A stretch of 63,515 bases of DNA, the filler included, from Perkinsus chesapeaki ATCC PRA-425 (taxonomy: Eukaryota; Protista; Perkinsozoa): NCBI GenBank assembly GCA_013115145.1. It is 6 parts of 6 records of this genome, joined end to end, with 100 filler letters (N's around TTAATTAATTAA, not from the genome) between each part and the next. Parts side by side here need not be neighbours in the genome. Positions count along the whole stretch, not along the records: positions 58,779 to 63,515 come from JAAPAO010001231.1; 5 more parts are not named here. One strand, 5' to 3'. Below the pieces are notes generated by a model that did no database searches, was not told where the DNA came from, and saw nothing but the letters and a program-made list of their open reading frames with translations. Positions 58,779 through 63,515 of the stretch are shown here, piece after piece. The number at the start of each line of letters is the position of its first letter. Position 1 is the first letter of the stretch. The position numbers and the translations under genes are program-made.

Positions 58779-59264
58779 ACAATTTCGCATATAGGAACTT
58801 CAATTTCGACGCATACTCCCAAACTCGACAAGGATGACTTAGAAACAGGAAGTACCATATCGGCGGCCCGATGTGTTGGCCATATATTTGAACGAGTAGG
58901 TTCATCGTTGCATTGAAACAGTTTCCTGGTTGTCAATGTTAGGTGTAGCTTTCGGGAGAACCAGCCAGCCAGCAAAGACCTAAGTCCTTACGACATACCT
59001 TCCCGGTGTTCATGCTTGAACGCATCGCTCAAGCAAATTAAAGGAGAGTAAATTGGTTAAAAGAGAGCATATTGTGGAACGTTGCTACTTTTCCGAAAGA
59101 GACTATAACAATTAATAAAGCATGAATGTTCACATACCTTGACATGTAGCTGTCGGTACCTTGCCAGTGATGAACAAGAGATTCACTGGACGATTCCCTG
59201 ACAGCTCGCCCACGTTAATGGGTTGAGAATATTAGCCCATTATTACCACCAAGCGATTATTATC

Positions 59265-59618
59265 TTAAGATACAAGATCAGTCATGTGGCTATCATTCCG
59301 TGGTACAATATTCGTACAAAATCTACGACCTGTTCGGACCGGAGCATTTTTCACGTGGTCACGACGATCGCGCGCCATAGCACTACAGCAATTTTGATAA
59401 GTGACTCTTCTGCGTGTTTCTTGAACACGTTGCCTGCGGTGGCATTCATAACGAATGTGTAGGGCTCTTGTGCTTCGCAGCCTGCTAATAGCAGGTACAA
59501 CATGAATTCTTGTGGCATTATTGATATCATATGAATATGTGAAGCGCATTTCATGTCTGATATCGATTGTCATGCTGTTTGGATGGAATACCATATAACC
59601 GCTCCGCCTCGAGCTCAT
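59265..59618 (-). pseudogene. Frameshifted member of the small secreted protein family
   Basis: SGYMVFHPNSMTIDI in one frame and EPYTFVMNATAGNVFKKH in another match TGHLIFDPNSMTVDI and FIVVNAAAGALQKQ of the 62337 copy. Confidence 0.6.
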
Positions 59619-59986
59619 AATAAAGCTTAGGCAATAAAAGAATAAGTTATATTGCTAACTCGGCAGGGTTACGAGTTCAATGGCAACCCGGTGGATGATG
59701 TCGGTCTGATGATTCACGTAATGACTACAATGTGCTAAGTTAGCACTGCTAACCGATAGGGTAGAACTGATAGTTACTCATTGACTTACTTATAAGCATC
59801 GACTCTAACTAACTCAAACCATTTTGTGGCAAGTTAAGAAATGCTTTTCGTGAGTTTATGCTACCTACTCCCGTAGACTACAACAAAGGCCATTACTCAC
59901 GTAATTAATGGCAGGTAATCCGTGTAAATAAGACAAATTTAGGCAGCGTAAATATAACGCTTATATTAGAGGGACACTCTGCGATA

Positions 59987-60430
59987 TTAATGTTTGAGGA
60001 GGCAGGACCAATTATCCTCCCACTGGGTCGAACCACCTACTGCGATGGAATCTGTATCGAGGTTGTACATGATAAATGTAAAATCGAAGATTGAAATCTT
60101 CGAGTTATTGCAGCCTTCGATCTGCTTCTGCAGAGCACCGCCTGCGGCATTCACGATGACGTTGTGTTCTGGATCTTCTGCTTGGTTACCTAGGGTATAA
60201 ACTATTGTAGCATGGAGATTACGTGTAGAATATTGATTAAGGTTGATATCAAAGGTCATACTGTCAGCATCGAAGGCAAAACGGCCACTAGTATAATAAC
60301 CATCTGTGTATGTGTAAGTACCATTAGGTCCATTTCCCAAACCTTAAGGCTTGATGGATATCGTCGATAGTATCACTCCTGTGGATAGAATGAATATTAC
60401 GACACTTGACGTAGAAGAGAAGCAGTTTCC
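59987..60430 (-). pseudogene. Small secreted family member with lost ATG and a stop after the signal peptide
   Basis: SSVVIFILSTGVILSTISIKP*GLGNGPNGTYTY...VNAAGGALQKQIEGC; TAA at 60344-60346. Confidence 0.7.
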
Positions 60431-60788
60431 GAATGGAAGTGACACTTCTTCAATACGGGTCACGAGAGCATCATGGTGTTACAATTTACCTGTATCATCC
60501 AGGTCCTTAACCATCAACAAAAACATTCAAGCAGTAGCTTCACATTGCATACAGCCATAGTTGGCGTCATTGATCCCCTCACTCAAACCTATACCTGACA
60601 CTAGCTAGTGCCAACGATACCTCGCTTCGAGTAGGCTCCCTCAAAATCCGTAGGGAGAGCCGTCACCCAGAAAACGTACGAATAGACTGATAGAGCGATA
60701 ATCTGATTGTCGAATACCTGTAAAGCATTGTCTCGTTATGACATTCGTCATTCAGGTATTCTTAGTACACTTATTGTAACTAACGTTG

Positions 60789-61199
60789 ATGGCACCTATC
60801 CTAAGCGGAATATTTATCATTCTCACTCTGGCTACGAAGCGTTCATCCTCGGCTGCAAGCTTTGTTGGTAACCTTTCCCATCCTTCTGGTACCTATACAT
60901 GTAGAGATGGAATCAATGCTACTGGCTCTCTGACTTTCGGTGGAGTGAATATGGGCTTTGACATGAAACTTGGCGTGGGAGAGTGTCATATTAGAGCCGG
61001 ATCAACTTATGGAGTGGCGGACGCTCCAGGTGATCCAGGAGTGTATAACTTGGTCACGAATGCCGCAGGCGGTGAGCTGGAGGAGCAGATTGATGCATGC
61101 AAGGACTTGTTCCCCGTCGACTTTGCATCTATGCTCTACATCTATGACTCTCCCCAATACATTGCTGCCTCTCGATACACCTGCATGTTCAAAAAGTGA
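60789..61199 (+). CDS. Small secreted protein, intact, intronless
   Basis: MAPILSGIFIILTLA; PSGTYTCRDG..TGSLTF; VTNAAGGELEEQIDACKD. Confidence 0.75.
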   Translation: MAPILSGIFIILTLATKRSSSAASFVGNLSHPSGTYTCRDGINATGSLTFGGVNMGFDMKLGVGECHIRAGSTYGVADAPGDPGVYNLVTNAAGGELEEQIDACKDLFPVDFASMLYIYDSPQYIAASRYTCMFKK

Positions 61200-61827
61200 G
61201 GGAAGTCTTGTTGATCCCTCCCTAGCTAAACTTGCTACAAGGCTTCCTACTTACCAAACCTCTGTACAGCAGGAAGGTGTGATGTGTTGATGTATCAGCC
61301 ACTACCTATAAAGGTTGCTCTATCGCTGGTCTGTAAGCTTGTTTAGCAGGACTCTTACTTAAATCAGCTTCTCAGTATCTCTATAATGGATTGAGTTAGT
61401 CAGAGCTATCCCCAGATAACCAGGAGGGGAGAGGCGTTGCTCTCCCCCGGGACAGGACGAGTGGACATTAAAAAGAACCCTAATGCTCTCTCATTGCTGG
61501 CACTGCTAGATCCGAGGTACGAAATATTACCATAATATTGAGGCGTTGAGGTAGTAATATTATTATGCTACCACAAAACCTCTCTAAATCTCCAAAATTT
61601 ACGGGAGCAATGATCCTAGGCCACGCCGTTACTGTCACGGTACCGGTGTACAGTCTGTAGACACAGCACAGTACAGTATACCCTATCGCTTTATTATACC
61701 GTCTCGATAACAACTGACATCTAAAGCATGCAACCTGTGGTAGATATCTCGGATCGCGCTCTGCTTTGTCGTCTCTTATTCGACGCCCTACCATGTATGT
61801 AGCTAGACACGGCCACCGTTAGTAGCC

Positions 61828-61952
61828 GAGCGGCAAATAGGAAAAGCGGGGGATATTATACAATGTATAATATCCCCCGCTTTTCCTATTTGCCGCTCTG
61901 TGATCATCAACACATGATGTATAATATACATCATGTGTTGATGATCACAGAG
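61828..61952. repeat. Two abutting perfect palindromes (35-bp and 28-bp arms, each with a single-A spacer)
   Basis: 61828-61862/61864-61898 and 61896-61923/61925-61952 are exact reverse complements. Confidence 0.97.
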
Positions 61953-62336
61953 AATCTCGATAGGTAGAACAACATGTCCCTGGGAGTTGTTTGTTGAGGT
62001 TTCACTCCAAGTTTCAACTCCAATGTCTTCTTCTTCCGTCTACTGCCACTCTCACTAGCTGTACGAAGGATAATAGGGTCAGCCACAAGATTGAATTGTG
62101 TCGCGACAAAAATGTACAAGTGGGGCACCTACTGCGGCTACCTTAAGTCAGATGACTTGGTTCTTTCCACTGAATCTTTGGCCAACTCGATTCACGACGT
62201 GATAATAAGTTGAAAAACTCTATATCGCTAGTCATAGCTTCCTATCCTGGTCGATAAATACGAAACCAAACGAGTTGAGAACAAGTTCTCAGGTACATTA
62301 TAGAGGATATAGACGCTATGAGTAATTCAAATGGTA

Positions 62337-62837
62337 TCAACGGAGAAGCGAAATGCTTGTATCATCCCACTGCACACCGAAATCATGATAGTGTCTAAAA
62401 CTGCAGTACCAGTTATTGTACAAACTTTTCGATCCTTGCAATAAGATTCTATCGATCTTATGGTCCTCCATGAAGAAACGGGTGATGTAGGTGAAATCTT
62501 CGATAGAAATCCTTGGGTCCTTGCAGCCTTCGACCTGTTTCTGCAGCGCACCCGCCGCGGCATTTACAACGATGAAGTTCAAATGCGGTTCCGTTTGGTT
62601 ACTAACTCCATAGACGACTGTGTCGTGAAGATAACATGTAGGCCATATCTTAACCTGGATATCGACAGTCATACTGTTTGGATCAAAGATAAGATGACCC
62701 GTGGTATTTCGGCCCACTGTACAGTTATAGGTACCATTAGGCGGGTTACCAAGGATAGGCTTGATGGAGGTTACCGAAAGCATCAGTCCTCTGGTCAGGA
62801 TGAATATCATGACACTTCTGATAGGAGAGAGTATCAT
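62337..62837 (-). CDS. Small secreted protein, intact, intronless
   Basis: MILSPIRSVMIFILTRGLMLSVTS; PPNGTYNCTVGRNTTGHLIFDPNSM; VVNAAAGALQKQVEGCKD. Confidence 0.8.
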   Translation of the reverse strand: MILSPIRSVMIFILTRGLMLSVTSIKPILGNPPNGTYNCTVGRNTTGHLIFDPNSMTVDIQVKIWPTCYLHDTVVYGVSNQTEPHLNFIVVNAAAGALQKQVEGCKDPRISIEDFTYITRFFMEDHKIDRILLQGSKSLYNNWYCSFRHYHDFGVQWDDTSISLLR

Positions 62838-63515
62838 CTAAGTTTATAATGAATGCCGAAAGAACGCTGAGAAAGAGTAGAAGGATTGAACAACAGTGCC
62901 TGTTAATACCATCCTATCCTTACAGTCCATTCGCGATGTTATTCCCAGCCTTTCGACATGTCCAGCAAACCCAACGTTAGCAGTCACAAACGATATAATT
63001 CCTACACATTGTACTTGCGAGCTCCATACTTAATAACGTATAGTAGCCATTGTCGAAGCTGCACTATAATAACGAAAGGAAGGGTTCGCTCCTCGAAGCA
63101 GAAGAAGAGACAATGTCCCCGTCACCATGGAGTTTTACCAATATGTTAGACTGCGGTGACGCTGTTTAGAAACACTCAGCCCAGCTTTCATCAAAAGCAC
63201 CGCGGCCGCGTACCTTCCTCATGGGGATGTAGAGAGATTCCCGATAGGAAGGGTTCAACACCCATTGAGTTGCTTGGTAGAATCAACTCAACTAACTCGA
63301 ATCATTCTGGGATGAGTTGAAAAAGCGGCTTCCATGAATCGATCGCTAACTCAACCTGGGGGGCTGATAAGATTTATTGGGTGCTTCCGGTCACCTACAA
63401 CACTACAACAGATGATATAGTTTCCCAAGCTAGTACGATTCGTGCTGGGCCGGTATGCGGATCCTGATCCATGGTTCAATCCGATGATCCGGATCACTCA
63501 GTGATCTTCTTGTCT

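Overview
Eukaryotic, intron-rich protist DNA. Short GT-AG introns, the gene families present and the mix of very AT-rich and GC-rich segments fit an alveolate of the Perkinsus type (inference, not proven). The window is not one locus: five artificial 100-nt linkers (44 N + TTAATTAATTAA + 44 N) join six unrelated pieces: A 1-30725, B 30826-40689, C 40790-51984, D 52085-57570, E 57671-58678, F 58779-63515. Genes rebuilt by hand-splicing: two tandem mitochondrial DNL zinc-finger (Hep1/Zim17) paralogs, an SP-RING + SIM (Siz/PIAS-like) gene, Maf, a THUMP/UPF0020 RNA methyltransferase, a signal-peptide GNAT, a cathepsin L-like protease, CAND1, a Mei2-like RRM protein, VDAC, Tam41, two inverted Spinster-like MFS paralogs, an RCC1-repeat protein, CCA-adding enzyme, a BEL/Pao pol fragment and several lineage-specific secreted families, partly pseudogenised. 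The main unexplained signal is a strong excess of perfect inverted repeats with exactly one unpaired central base (arms 7-35 bp). They are often chained or paired, almost all non-coding, and occur in three separate pieces. One paralog comparison shows such a palindrome arising as a 14-nt templated insertion, suggesting an active fold-back or template-switch process (hypothesis).
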